A stretch of 64,000 bases of DNA from Kiritimatiellia bacterium (GTDB lineage Bacteria > Verrucomicrobiota > Kiritimatiellia > RFP12 > JAAYLN01), in the NCBI GenBank assembly GCA_017962605.1, contig JAGCUY010000070.1, positions 2,095 to 66,094 of the forward strand, given 5' to 3'. The notes under the pieces were generated by a model. The model was given only the letters and a program-made list of their open reading frames with translations, had not been told where the DNA came from and ran no database searches. How positions within the stretch are numbered: position 1 is the stretch's first letter; each line of letters opens with the position of its first letter. Shown in pieces: positions 1-9,112 of this stretch. The position numbers and the translations under genes were made by a program.

Positions 1-10
1 GAGAACGCCC

Positions 11-409
11 ATGAAAACAACAATCATCATCGATGCGGAGGATGACCCCAGTGTCGTTGAGGCTTTCATGAAGGTATCCAATGGCTTCTTCGATGCCGCA
101 ACGGACTTCATGGACCGCAGTTTTAAAAGCATGGAGGCCCTCCGCGACCTCATCGCAAAATATGGCTCCGGGAAGAAGGTCATAATCAAGCATTCCTCGA
201 AGATGGACGGTGACGCACGACAGATCTTCAAGGACGCCATGTCTGAAACTTCCGGGTTCACCGTCATCTTCGAGGACGAGGACACGAAGCCCAAAAGAAA
301 AGACCGCAGTTTCTTTACCATGCTCGGGAGAATCGTCCTCATCTTTTTAGCCGCGAGTATCGTAATCACCGCCGTGGCGATGCTGGCGAAAACCCTTTTT
401 GGTCTGTGA
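11..409 (+). CDS. hypothetical small protein with C-terminal transmembrane helix (tail-anchored)
   Basis: ATG at 11, 132 aa. Acidic N-terminal half, single hydrophobic stretch LGRIVLIFLAASIVITAVAMLA at the C-terminus. No recognisable family. Confidence 0.35.
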   Translation: MKTTIIIDAEDDPSVVEAFMKVSNGFFDAATDFMDRSFKSMEALRDLIAKYGSGKKVIIKHSSKMDGDARQIFKDAMSETSGFTVIFEDEDTKPKRKDRSFFTMLGRIVLIFLAASIVITAVAMLAKTLFGL

Positions 410-507
410 GAATATCAATATCATTCTCTGTTTCATGAAGAGCAAAAACATGGTCAATGTTTGCGGTTCCCCCGCTTACTTGTTAGAATGTGTGCGCCCG
501 TTATCAA

Positions 508-1638
508 ATGAGCAAGTATTCCAAATGTAAAAAAGCAGACAGGGGGGGGAGAGTTGCCTTTGTTGAAAAGGTGTTCCTCGACCGCCGCGCCAGCGCCTCT
601 GCGCTGCGCGGCGTGGAGCTCTTCAACCTCCGCCTTGTGCGCGACCTCTGCGCCCACGGCATTGGGGTTGACCTTTTCGCGGAGCCTTCCTGGCACGAGA
701 CGATCCTTCGTGAAATCCCCGGCGCAAAAACGCTGTGCATCGTCGGGGCGAATGGCTCTGGCTCGTCTTTCCTGGCGGGCTTGGCTGCGGCGTTCCGCGT
801 CAGGGGCCTCGCAAGGCGCGAGGGCCGCTACGACGCGCTCCTCTTGGGGAATGTCGCCAACCGCCTCATCCCAGCGATCTGGCTCCTGAAGTCTGGGCGC
901 GACTTCGCCCGCGCGACCCTCGTCGCCCACCGGGAGCCCTCGCCGCGCTTCCTGCGCTCCATTCGCCGCATGCCCGGGCGGGTCGTCGCGGTGAGCGAAC
1001 CCGTCGCGGCCGATTTCCGCGACCAGGGGCTTGCCGCCGATGTCGTCGTCGATTACGGCATCATGGACGCCGACCTCTTCCACCCATCCTCAAGAGAGCC
1101 TGACGGAAAAGTCCGCTTCTGCGTCCTTGGCGCGCTCGACAACGCATGGAAGGGGGCCGACACCGCAATCGCCGCCTTCCGTCTTTTGCCCGATGCCCTG
1201 CGTGCCCGCTGCGAGCTGCACCTGATGGCCTACCGCTCGCCGCCAGCCTTCCCCGGCGAGCCGGGAATCGTAGCCCATCCCTGGCGTGGCGCAACTGGAA
1301 TCCCCGACTTCCTCCGCACGATGGACGTGATGCTCGTTCCCTCACGAGACGAGCATATCATGCGCGAGACATTCTCCCAGTCTGTCGTCCAGGGGATGCT
1401 CACCGGCCTACCAGTAGTCTATGCGCCCATCCCCGTGCTGGCTGAGAAGTTCGACTGCGGCGGCGGATTCCCTGCGGAAACCCCTGAAGCCTATGCGGAG
1501 GCGATGGCGAGGTTGGCAGAAGATCCGAACCTGCGCGCTACCCTTGGCGCGAAGGGACGCGAAACCGCGCTGGCCCGCTACGTATGGGACACCGGGCGTT
1601 TCATCGAACGGCATCTCTTTTCAGGAGACGCGCCATGA
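508..1638 (+). CDS. glycosyltransferase, GT4-like (GT-B fold)
   Basis: Long ORF. C-terminal E-x7-E-like region (MRETFSQSVVQGMLTGLPVVYAPIPVLAEKF) is typical of the GT4/GT1 donor-binding domain. First in-frame ATG at 508; the track start at 490 is a GTG. Confidence 0.55.
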   Translation: MSKYSKCKKADRGGRVAFVEKVFLDRRASASALRGVELFNLRLVRDLCAHGIGVDLFAEPSWHETILREIPGAKTLCIVGANGSGSSFLAGLAAAFRVRGLARREGRYDALLLGNVANRLIPAIWLLKSGRDFARATLVAHREPSPRFLRSIRRMPGRVVAVSEPVAADFRDQGLAADVVVDYGIMDADLFHPSSREPDGKVRFCVLGALDNAWKGADTAIAAFRLLPDALRARCELHLMAYRSPPAFPGEPGIVAHPWRGATGIPDFLRTMDVMLVPSRDEHIMRETFSQSVVQGMLTGLPVVYAPIPVLAEKFDCGGGFPAETPEAYAEAMARLAEDPNLRATLGAKGRETALARYVWDTGRFIERHLFSGDAP

Positions 1639-3380
1639 AGACGCGCGGCGAGGGAATCCCCGGCGGCCGCCTCTGGCTGGGCGGCGAAGGCCCCGATGCG
1701 GAGGCGGTGCGGCGCTTCGTCGTCTCCGGCGAGGCCCTGAAACTCCCGCCGGAATGCCGCCTCGGCCACCATACCCGGCATGGCGCCGTTTACGTCGTTG
1801 AGATCGCGGGTGTCGGGCGCTGCGTCCTGAAGGAGTTCCGGATTCTCCGCGACCGGGGGCTTTTCAGGCGCCTTGAAAGCGCCTTCAAGCTGCTCTTCGT
1901 CCACCGGGGCCTTCGCACGATGCGCCTGGCGGGACGCCTTGCGGCGGCCGGCGTCAGGACAATCGAACCGCTGGCCTTCTGGACGGACACGCGCGGCGCG
2001 ATTCGAAACTTCCTCCTTTATCGCTTCATTGAAGGCGAGGTCTTCGGTGAACATTGGATGGGCGAACTTGCTGCAATCTCGCCCCCGTCAAAGGCCGATG
2101 CCGCTCCCGCTCCGGAGGCGCTTGAGGCGTTCTTCGGCAGGGCAGGGGAGATGGCCCGCCGGATGCATGACGCAGGAGTCGTACACACGGACCTTCATCC
2201 CAAGAACTTTATCGCCGCCGACGTTTCGCATCCAGCGGACACATTGGCGCTGATCGACCTCGACTCAGCCCATCCTTCATCCTCTTCAGGGCGCATCGCG
2301 TTCAACGCAAGGATGCGTTCGCTCCGCCGCCTTGCGCAGTGCTTCAAGGACGAGGACGCCCCACTGCTGCGCCTGTTCGTGCGGGCCTACTCGCAGGAAG
2401 ACCCGGAGACGGAGGCCGCCGTCCTCCGCGCCCTCCGCTTTTGGCGCGGGCGCAAGTGGCACAGCATTTCCGATGTCGTCCTATCCTGGTTGCGATGCCG
2501 TCCGCCTCGCCCCGTGGACAGGCGCGGCCGCACCGAGTACGACGTGGTCTTCTCGATTGGCTACGACTGCAAATGCTCCCAGAGCCTCCGCCGCGCCGGG
2601 CTCCAGCACTTTTCATATCCCTGCGACTGGCTGACAGGAGCTCCGCTGCGGGAGCGCGCGCGCATTGTCGCCGGCGGCTTCCGCGACTGGTTCCGCCTGG
2701 AAGACCTTGAGGACATCGGCACCGCCCGCTTCAACCGCTTCGCCGGCATGAAGCGCATTGCGAAGGACCGCCGCAACGGCCTTGAGTTCCGCCATGACTT
2801 CCCAGCCGAGGGTTCCCTCGCCGAAGGCTTCCCCGAAGCCGCCGCCAAATACGAGAGGCGCTCCGAGAGGCTTCTGGACGCCATCGGCAAGGCCGGACGT
2901 GCGCTGGCCGTCTTCTGCGACGGCTACGGCTGCCCGCCCATCAGCCTCGCAGACCTCCGGGAAGCCCGCGACATCCTCGCCGGACGCTTCGGCGATAAGA
3001 TTGATTTGCTAGGCATCTTCGACGATGCGCCGGGGACGCCCCACGAGGCTGCGGAGGCCGCCTCTGCCGACGGCCATGTCAGGCGCTGGTCTTTGCCCTG
3101 CCTCCGGCGTTCGCCAGACGGCCTCGTTGTCCGCGACCGCGTCGTCGCGCGCGCCCTTGCGGCGCGTGTGTCCTGCCCAGACCCCCATTCGCCTGCGGAG
3201 CGCCGCGCACGCAAGGAGGCCGACCGCGCCGCCCTCTACGCCAAATACAAGGCGAAGTCCTGGCTGGGAATGACCGTCAACCGCCTCCTCTTCCGCCACT
3301 ACCGCAGCCTGACGCGGCTGCTTCAGAAAAAGGGAATCATCCCCGCGAACACCGCCAACAACCCCGTCCCCCAACCATGA
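1635..3380 (+). CDS. two-domain protein: lipopolysaccharide (Kdo/WaaP-family) kinase-like domain fused to a DUF1796-type putative papain-like cysteine peptidase domain
   Basis: N-terminal half has kinase-like catalytic motifs (VHTDLHPKNFI ... LIDLDSA) as in Kdo/WaaP LPS kinases. C-terminal half has SIGYDCKCSQSL...SYPCDWL, which resembles the DUF1796 signature. ATG at 1635 overlaps the upstream stop. Confidence 0.5.
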   Translation: MKTRGEGIPGGRLWLGGEGPDAEAVRRFVVSGEALKLPPECRLGHHTRHGAVYVVEIAGVGRCVLKEFRILRDRGLFRRLESAFKLLFVHRGLRTMRLAGRLAAAGVRTIEPLAFWTDTRGAIRNFLLYRFIEGEVFGEHWMGELAAISPPSKADAAPAPEALEAFFGRAGEMARRMHDAGVVHTDLHPKNFIAADVSHPADTLALIDLDSAHPSSSSGRIAFNARMRSLRRLAQCFKDEDAPLLRLFVRAYSQEDPETEAAVLRALRFWRGRKWHSISDVVLSWLRCRPPRPVDRRGRTEYDVVFSIGYDCKCSQSLRRAGLQHFSYPCDWLTGAPLRERARIVAGGFRDWFRLEDLEDIGTARFNRFAGMKRIAKDRRNGLEFRHDFPAEGSLAEGFPEAAAKYERRSERLLDAIGKAGRALAVFCDGYGCPPISLADLREARDILAGRFGDKIDLLGIFDDAPGTPHEAAEAASADGHVRRWSLPCLRRSPDGLVVRDRVVARALAARVSCPDPHSPAERRARKEADRAALYAKYKAKSWLGMTVNRLLFRHYRSLTRLLQKKGIIPANTANNPVPQP

Positions 3381-4375
3381 ACATCATTCCACTTTGCCTG
3401 CGCAGCGGGAAAAACTCGAAATTCACCTACTTCGCGCGGGCCTTTGCTCGGGAACTTGTGCCGTGGTCGATTTACCGCGCCCGCCGCGAAGGTCTGCTGG
3501 AATCAATTGCCAGCCGCCCCGACCGCGACGAAATCGAGGCGCGCGCGGCCTACTGCTGCCGGCTCGACCCCGCCGCGCCCGTCACGCTTTCCGATGCCGC
3601 CCAGCGTCTGCGCGACCAGCCGCTCCCGAAGAAGAAGCATACCTACTACTTCGACTCCCGCGAGTATCTCCGCTACTTCCCGCGCGACCTGCGCTGGTTC
3701 CATGTCCCCGGCGACGTGACAAAGATCCCACCAGAACCGGCAATCGTGAAGTCCCGCCCCATCGCGGAGGACCTTGGCGGCATGAGCGTCAATGCGCGCT
3801 CTGTGCTGCTCAACGAGGACAAGGTCCGCCATTTCACCTTCGTCCATGACAAGCTCCGCTTCGAGGAGAAGATTTCGCGCGCGATTTTCCGTGGCGTGGT
3901 CCGCGCCAAGCCCAAGCGGATTACCTTGTTCGAGAAATACTTCGGGCGTCCGGGATATGACTTGGGCGACACCTCTTCGCGCCCCGTGCGTCCCGAATGG
4001 CTCGTCGGCAAGATCTCGATTGCCGACCATCTGCGCTGCCGCTACATCCTCGCGATTGAGGGGAACGACGTGGCGTCGAACCTCAAGTGGGTGATGTCGT
4101 CGAACTCCCTTGCCGTGATGCCGTGCCCCCAATATGAGACATGGTTCCAGGAAGGGCTGCTAGTTCCCGGCGTCCATTTCGTTGAGATTCGCAAGGACTA
4201 TGAAGACCTGCCGGAGAAAATCGCATGGTACGACGCGCATCCGGAAGAGGCGGAGAAGATCATCGCAGCCGCCCACGCCTGGGTGGCGCGGTTCCAAGAC
4301 CCCAGCCGCGAACGCCTCGTTTCGCTCCGTGTCCTTGACCGCTACTTCCGCGGAACCGGCCAGCAACCCCACTAA
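3377..4375 (+). CDS. glycosyltransferase family 90 (CAP10/LpsA-like) protein
   Basis: ATGA overlap with the upstream gene. Central/C-terminal motifs (RGVVRAKPKR..., YILAIEGNDVASNLKWVMSSNSLAVMPCPQYETWFQEGLLVPGVHFVEI) match GT90/CAP10 glycosyltransferases as I recall them. Confidence 0.5.
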   Translation: MNIIPLCLRSGKNSKFTYFARAFARELVPWSIYRARREGLLESIASRPDRDEIEARAAYCCRLDPAAPVTLSDAAQRLRDQPLPKKKHTYYFDSREYLRYFPRDLRWFHVPGDVTKIPPEPAIVKSRPIAEDLGGMSVNARSVLLNEDKVRHFTFVHDKLRFEEKISRAIFRGVVRAKPKRITLFEKYFGRPGYDLGDTSSRPVRPEWLVGKISIADHLRCRYILAIEGNDVASNLKWVMSSNSLAVMPCPQYETWFQEGLLVPGVHFVEIRKDYEDLPEKIAWYDAHPEEAEKIIAAAHAWVARFQDPSRERLVSLRVLDRYFRGTGQQPH

Positions 4376-4446
4376 ACTTCCCAACCTCCCAACTTTTCAA
4401 CCTCCCAACTTTTCAACTTCCCAACTTTTCAACTTTTCAACTCCTC
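4376..4446. repeat. tandem octamer repeat (CCAACTTTTCAAC... = (GTTGRRAR)n on the other strand)
   Basis: cttcccaacctcccaacttttcaacctcccaacttttcaacttcccaacttttcaacttttcaactcc read directly. The same family occurs at 28560-28720, 42538-42650 and 52250-52310. Confidence 0.8.
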
Positions 4447-5292
4447 ATGCATCCTCCCGCCCTAATAGCCCTCGACCTCGACGGCACCCTCCTCGATTCC
4501 CAGAAGCGCATTACGCCGCGCACGCTGGCGGCGCTGGAGGCCGCCGCCGCGCGCGGCATCCACATCGTCCCCACAACGGGGCGCTTTTTCGACGGCATGC
4601 CGGAGTGCGTCAAGGCGCTGCCGTTCGTCCGCTACGCCGTCACCTGCAATGGAGCAGCTGTCTTCGACCGCGTGGACAATGTCGTCGTCGCCCGGGAGGA
4701 ACTTGCCCTCGACAAGGCGCTTGCCGCCATAGCCGTGTTCGAGCGCTTCGATGTCATCTACGACTGCTACCAGGACAACTGGGGCTGGATTACCGCCTCG
4801 ATGGTCTCCAAGGCCGACGACTACACGCCGAACGCCTTCTACGCGCGTATGATGACGGAGCTGCGCACCCCTGTGCCTGAACTCAAGGCATACTTGAAGG
4901 AGAAGGGGTGTGACGTGCAGAAAGTGCTGTCATACGCCCGTGACCCGTCTGTTTACGAGACGATGATCCCAATCCTCAAGGCGGAAGTCCCGCACGTTTT
5001 CGTGACGATGTCCAACTCCAAGATGCTGGAGGTGAACGCCGAGAACTGCCACAAGGGGCGGGCGCTGGAGCTTCTGGCTGCGCATCTGGGCTTCGGCATG
5101 GACCGCGTGATGGCATTTGGCGACGGCCTCAATGACCTCACGATGGTGCGCGACTCTGGCATGGGCGTGGCTATGGCCAACGCCGTGCCGGAAGTCCTTG
5201 CCGCCGCGAAGATCAAGACGCTCTCCAACGACGAGGACGGCGTTGCCGCAGTCATCGAGAAGTTCTTGGGGGCTTCCTCGGAGAGCATTTAG
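4447..5292 (+). CDS. Cof-type HAD-IIB family hydrolase
   Basis: N-terminus LIALDLDGTLLDS (HAD motif I), TGR (motif II), C-terminal GDGLNDLTMV (motif IV). 281 aa. Confidence 0.75.
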   Translation: MHPPALIALDLDGTLLDSQKRITPRTLAALEAAAARGIHIVPTTGRFFDGMPECVKALPFVRYAVTCNGAAVFDRVDNVVVAREELALDKALAAIAVFERFDVIYDCYQDNWGWITASMVSKADDYTPNAFYARMMTELRTPVPELKAYLKEKGCDVQKVLSYARDPSVYETMIPILKAEVPHVFVTMSNSKMLEVNAENCHKGRALELLAAHLGFGMDRVMAFGDGLNDLTMVRDSGMGVAMANAVPEVLAAAKIKTLSNDEDGVAAVIEKFLGASSESI

Positions 5293-5360
5293 CCAAGGCG
5301 TTCGCGCAGAATATGATATACTAACAGAAACTTGGATGGAAACCATCCTGTTCTGGTGCA

Positions 5361-6122
5361 TTGATGAGAGGCGCGTTTTTCACAGTTGAATCCAATAGGG
5401 CGTTGGCGCCGGGCGTGTTTGAACTCGTCCTGGCCGGCGACTGCTCGGCCGTCCAGCGGCCGGGGCAGTTCGTCAATGTCGCCGTCCCCGGTCTTTTCCT
5501 GCGCCGCCCGATTTCCATCTGCGACTGGACTGCCGGCTCCATGACGCTTCTCGTCCGCACCGTCGGGCGCGGAACGGCTTGGCTTGAAAAGGTTGTGCGC
5601 GGCGAGAAGCTTGACGTTCTCCTCCCGCTGGGCAATGGCTTCGACATCTCCGCCGTTCCCGATGGCGGCACGGCAATCCTGGCAGGTGGCGGCATCGGCA
5701 TCGCCCCACTGTACGCGCTCGCAAAGGCGCTTCTCGCCTCTGGCCGCCGCTGTGTCGCGGCTCTTGGCTTCCGTTGCGCTTCAGATGTTTTCTACGCCGA
5801 CGAGTTCGCCGCCATTGGCTGCGAGGTCGCCATCGCCACCGAGGATGGCTCCCGAGGCCAGCGCGGTTACGTGACGGATGTCGTAAGCGCCTATTGCACG
5901 CATGGGCGCAGGGGCACGGAGTATCTTTTCGCTTGCGGGCCGGAGCCGATGCTGAAGGCGTTGGCGGCGAATGGATGGACCTCATCTACGCAGTTCAGCC
6001 TTGAGACCCGCATGGGGTGCGGCTTTGGCGCATGCATGGGCTGCACCACGGAAACGACGCATGGCCCTGCCCGCATCTGCCACGAGGGGCCGGTATTCCG
6101 CGTGGAGGACTTGAAATGGTAG
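5361..6122 (+). CDS. pyrK: dihydroorotate dehydrogenase electron transfer subunit
   Basis: FAD/NAD-binding ferredoxin reductase fold with a C-terminal 2Fe-2S cysteine cluster (CGFGACMGC...CHEGPVF). Directly precedes and overlaps pyrD. Confidence 0.8.
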   Translation: MMRGAFFTVESNRALAPGVFELVLAGDCSAVQRPGQFVNVAVPGLFLRRPISICDWTAGSMTLLVRTVGRGTAWLEKVVRGEKLDVLLPLGNGFDISAVPDGGTAILAGGGIGIAPLYALAKALLASGRRCVAALGFRCASDVFYADEFAAIGCEVAIATEDGSRGQRGYVTDVVSAYCTHGRRGTEYLFACGPEPMLKALAANGWTSSTQFSLETRMGCGFGACMGCTTETTHGPARICHEGPVFRVEDLKW

Positions 6123-7045
6123 CCCTCTCCGTCAATCTGGCAGGCGTCAAGCTGAAGAACCCGGTGGTTCCCGCCTCCGGCACCTTCGGCTTCGGGCGCG
6201 AGTTCTCCGAACTCTACGACCTCAACGTCCTTGGCGCGATTTCCGTGAAGGGGATCACCAGGGAGCCGCGCATTGGCAATCCGCTTCCGAGAATCGCCGA
6301 GACGCCATCGGGAATGCTGAATGCGGTGGGGTTGGAGAACCGGGGCATCGACGCCGTCCTGAGCGAGGAGCTGCCATGGCTGCGCGCCCACTTCGACGGC
6401 CCTATCATCGCGAACGTCGGCGGCTTCTCGCCAGAGGAGTATGCCTCGAACTGCGAGCGCCTCGCAGCCAGCGCCGCCGTCTCCATCCTTGAAGTAAACA
6501 TCTCATGCCCGAACGTCCATTGCGGCGGCCGCAATTTCGGCTCGTCGCCTGAGTCTGCCACCGCCATCACGAAGGCCGTGCGCGGCGTCACGGGCAAGCC
6601 GGTCTTCATGAAGCTCTCGCCCAATGTCGCCGACATCGCTGAGGTGGCGCGGGCATGCGAGGGCGAGGGCGCTGACGGCCTCTGCCTCATCAACACGCTT
6701 GTGGGGATGCGCATCGACATCGCCAGGCGGAAGCCCGTCCTCGCGAACGTGACCGGAGGGCTTTCCGGCCCTGCCATTCTGCCTGTCGCCCTGCGAATGG
6801 TCTGGGCGGCCTACGAAGCGGTGAAGATACCGATCATCGGCTGCGGTGGCGTGGCTTCCGCCGAGGACGCGATTGAGATGATGATGGCCGGCGCGACCGC
6901 AGTGGAGGTCGGCGCGGCGAACCTGATCGACCCAATGGCCTCAAGGCGAATTGCCGAGTCCCTTCCGGCGCTCTGCGAGCGCCTCGGCATTGCGGACATC
7001 GCCGGCATCGTCGGCGCGGCACATGATTTCCAACGAACCAAGTAA
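6116..7045 (+). CDS. pyrD: dihydroorotate dehydrogenase catalytic subunit (class 1B)
   Basis: MVALSVNLAGVKLKNPVVPASGTFGFG start, conserved NxSCPN (NISCPNV) and GGV motifs. Coupled to pyrK. ATG at 6116 rather than the track start at 6017. Confidence 0.85.
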   Translation: MVALSVNLAGVKLKNPVVPASGTFGFGREFSELYDLNVLGAISVKGITREPRIGNPLPRIAETPSGMLNAVGLENRGIDAVLSEELPWLRAHFDGPIIANVGGFSPEEYASNCERLAASAAVSILEVNISCPNVHCGGRNFGSSPESATAITKAVRGVTGKPVFMKLSPNVADIAEVARACEGEGADGLCLINTLVGMRIDIARRKPVLANVTGGLSGPAILPVALRMVWAAYEAVKIPIIGCGGVASAEDAIEMMMAGATAVEVGAANLIDPMASRRIAESLPALCERLGIADIAGIVGAAHDFQRTK

Positions 7046-7078
7046 CACTAACCCATAATCAAGTCAAGGAGTAAACAA

Positions 7079-7432
7079 ATGGCATGCTTCACAGCGCCTC
7101 TGGCGCAGGCGATAGCGATAAACGTGACCAAGCCCGCGGATTGCGGCAAGTCGGGCAACCCCTTCGTGCGCAGGCTGGGCGCCTTGCAGAAGATGCTCTA
7201 CGGCGGCGCGGGGCTGCTGGCAATCGAGCACGTGTGGCACGGCGAGATCACCTGGCGGTTCCCATTCCTGACGGCTGTGGCCGAGGGCGAGACGGCAGGG
7301 ATGCTGCGCGAGATCGCCACGTCGGGCGTCGCGATGGCGCTGCTCGTTACGGCGGTCTGGGCCGTTGGCGTCCTCGTCGCGGAAGCTTTTTCACGCTCCG
7401 CCGCGCGCCGCGCTTCGTCGCAGGAGGCGTAG
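7079..7432 (+). CDS. hypothetical small membrane protein
   Basis: 117 aa, C-terminal hydrophobic segment. No family recognised. Confidence 0.3.
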   Translation: MACFTAPLAQAIAINVTKPADCGKSGNPFVRRLGALQKMLYGGAGLLAIEHVWHGEITWRFPFLTAVAEGETAGMLREIATSGVAMALLVTAVWAVGVLVAEAFSRSAARRASSQEA

Positions 7433-7435
7433 GCC

Positions 7436-7708
7436 ATGTGTGAAATCCTCACCATAATCGCGGCGCTGGCCTTTTCGGCGCTGTGGATGTCGAAGCGCCG
7501 CGCCGGACGCGACGCCGGGGCCGAGGGCACAACCGCCTTGGCCTTTTGGGGCGCGGCCCTGATGTGGGCGGTCGATTGCGCCGTCTCGTTCATGGAGGGC
7601 GAGGGGCTTCTCGACCTTTCCTGGGATGACACCGCGCTAGGCGCGGTGATCGTCGCCGCCGGACTGGCCTTCTACGGAATCCTGCGCATACGGCGCGCCA
7701 AGGCCTAA
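7436..7708 (+). CDS. hypothetical small membrane protein (2-3 TM)
   Basis: 90 aa with three hydrophobic stretches. Tightly follows the preceding small ORF. Confidence 0.3.
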   Translation: MCEILTIIAALAFSALWMSKRRAGRDAGAEGTTALAFWGAALMWAVDCAVSFMEGEGLLDLSWDDTALGAVIVAAGLAFYGILRIRRAKA

Positions 7709-7714
7709 CGGGGC

Positions 7715-8602
7715 GTGGAGGCGCGTCAGGCGATGTTTAAGAGCGTAAAGGACCAGATCTGGTTTTTCGACTGCGAATGGGTGCCGGACCCCAAGGCGGG
7801 CCGGCTCCTATACGGACTGAAGGAAGACATGTCCGACAGCGATGTGCTGAAGGAGATGTGGAAACGCGGCGGCGCGACCGAGGAGGATCCGCAGCCCTTC
7901 CTCAAGACGAACCTCTGCAGGGTCGTGTCGATCGCGGCGCTGATGCGCAGGGTCGTCCCGCCCGAGCAGAACGACGGCATTCCTGTGAAGCACCACCTGC
8001 TTTGGCTGCCGCGCGACGTTGACGACGTGGCCGGGCGCTCCGAGGCTGCGGTCATCGGCACCTTCCTCGGCGCGGTCGGCAAGTTCAAGCCGCAGCTCGT
8101 GGGCTTCAACTCGCGTGCCTCCGATTTGCGCATCCTCTTCCAGCGCGCCTTGGTGAACGGCATCTCGGCGCCGGACTTCTGCAAGCGCCCCGACAAGCCC
8201 TGGGAGGGCGTGGACTACTTCGCCCGTGACAACGAGTGGTCCATTGACCTAATGGACTCCCTCTCTGGCTTCGGCTCCAAGCCGCCGTCGCTCAACGAAA
8301 TCGCCGTCTGCTCTGGCATCCCCGGCAAGATGGACGTCTGTGGCGACGACGTGGCTGGCATGTGGCTCGGCGGACGCTGGCGCGAGATAGTCCAATACAA
8401 CTGCTTCGACGCGCTCACTACCTACCTCGTCTGGCTGCGCATGGCGCATCTGGGCGGGTTCCTCACCGACGACGCCTACGAAGAGGAGCAGATGGCCTTC
8501 AACAACATGCTGCTGGAGGAGGCCGAGAAGCCGGGAATGGACTTCCTCAACAAATACATAGACGAGTGGAACAGACTTCAGGAGGCAATTGAAAATGGCT
8601 GA
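7715..8602 (+). CDS. predicted 3'-5' exonuclease, PolB exonuclease-domain-like (RNase H-like fold)
   Basis: N-terminal IWFFDCEWVPD matches the D-x-E Exo I motif of the 'predicted 3'-5' exonuclease related to PolB exo domain' family. 295 aa. Confidence 0.45.
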   Translation: MEARQAMFKSVKDQIWFFDCEWVPDPKAGRLLYGLKEDMSDSDVLKEMWKRGGATEEDPQPFLKTNLCRVVSIAALMRRVVPPEQNDGIPVKHHLLWLPRDVDDVAGRSEAAVIGTFLGAVGKFKPQLVGFNSRASDLRILFQRALVNGISAPDFCKRPDKPWEGVDYFARDNEWSIDLMDSLSGFGSKPPSLNEIAVCSGIPGKMDVCGDDVAGMWLGGRWREIVQYNCFDALTTYLVWLRMAHLGGFLTDDAYEEEQMAFNNMLLEEAEKPGMDFLNKYIDEWNRLQEAIENG

Positions 8603-9110
8603 CAGCAACGGACACGCCGGACACGTCCATGACAAGCGTCCGGACTGGGACTCATATTTCATGCAGATCGCGCATGTCGTGAAACTGCGTGCGAACTGCT
8701 CGCGGCGTATGGTCGCTGCGGTGATCGTGAAGGACAAGCGCATCATCTCGACAGGCTACAACGGCACTCCGCGCGGAGTCAGGAACTGCTTTGAGGGCAG
8801 TTGCGGGCGTTGCTCCGGCCACGCGCCCTCGGGTAGCGGCCTCGACGAGTGCATCTGCTCGCACGCCGAGGAAAACGCCATTACCCAGTCGGCCTACCAC
8901 GGCATCTCGACCAAGGGCGCGACGATGTATGTGACCCTCAACCCCTGCCTGACCTGCGCGAAGATGATCATCAACGCCGGGATCAAGGAGGTCATCTACG
9001 ACGAGGAATACCGTTTTTCGGATCAGACAAAGGCCCTGCTCGCCGAGGGCGGCGTCGTGTGCAGGAAGTTTACCGGCACTCGCCTTGAGATACACTTCCC
9101 GGAGGAGTAG
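8595..9110 (+). CDS. dCMP (deoxycytidylate) deaminase
   Basis: CSHAEENAI (zinc-binding H-A-E) and PCLTCAKMIINAGIKEV (PC-x2-C) motifs of the cytidine/dCMP deaminase superfamily. ATG at 8595. Confidence 0.8.
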   Translation: MADSNGHAGHVHDKRPDWDSYFMQIAHVVKLRANCSRRMVAAVIVKDKRIISTGYNGTPRGVRNCFEGSCGRCSGHAPSGSGLDECICSHAEENAITQSAYHGISTKGATMYVTLNPCLTCAKMIINAGIKEVIYDEEYRFSDQTKALLAEGGVVCRKFTGTRLEIHFPEE

Positions 9111-9112
9111 CG

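Noticed and set aside
454-1083. Numerous long alternative-frame ORFs in GC-rich regions (for example 454-1083 minus, 3503-4132 minus, 10020-10787 minus, 35256-36257 minus, 47831-48376 minus)
   Set aside because: Typical high-GC shadow ORFs. Arg/Pro/Ala-rich translations, embedded within stronger homologous genes on the other strand or frame.
4182-4880. 232-aa plus-strand ORF (also 42392-42811 minus and 51766-52386 minus) with PNFSTSQLFNF-type repeats
   Set aside because: These are translations of the octamer DNA repeats. They overlap well-supported genes (the Cof hydrolase, the FHA/PEGA cluster, amt) in other frames.
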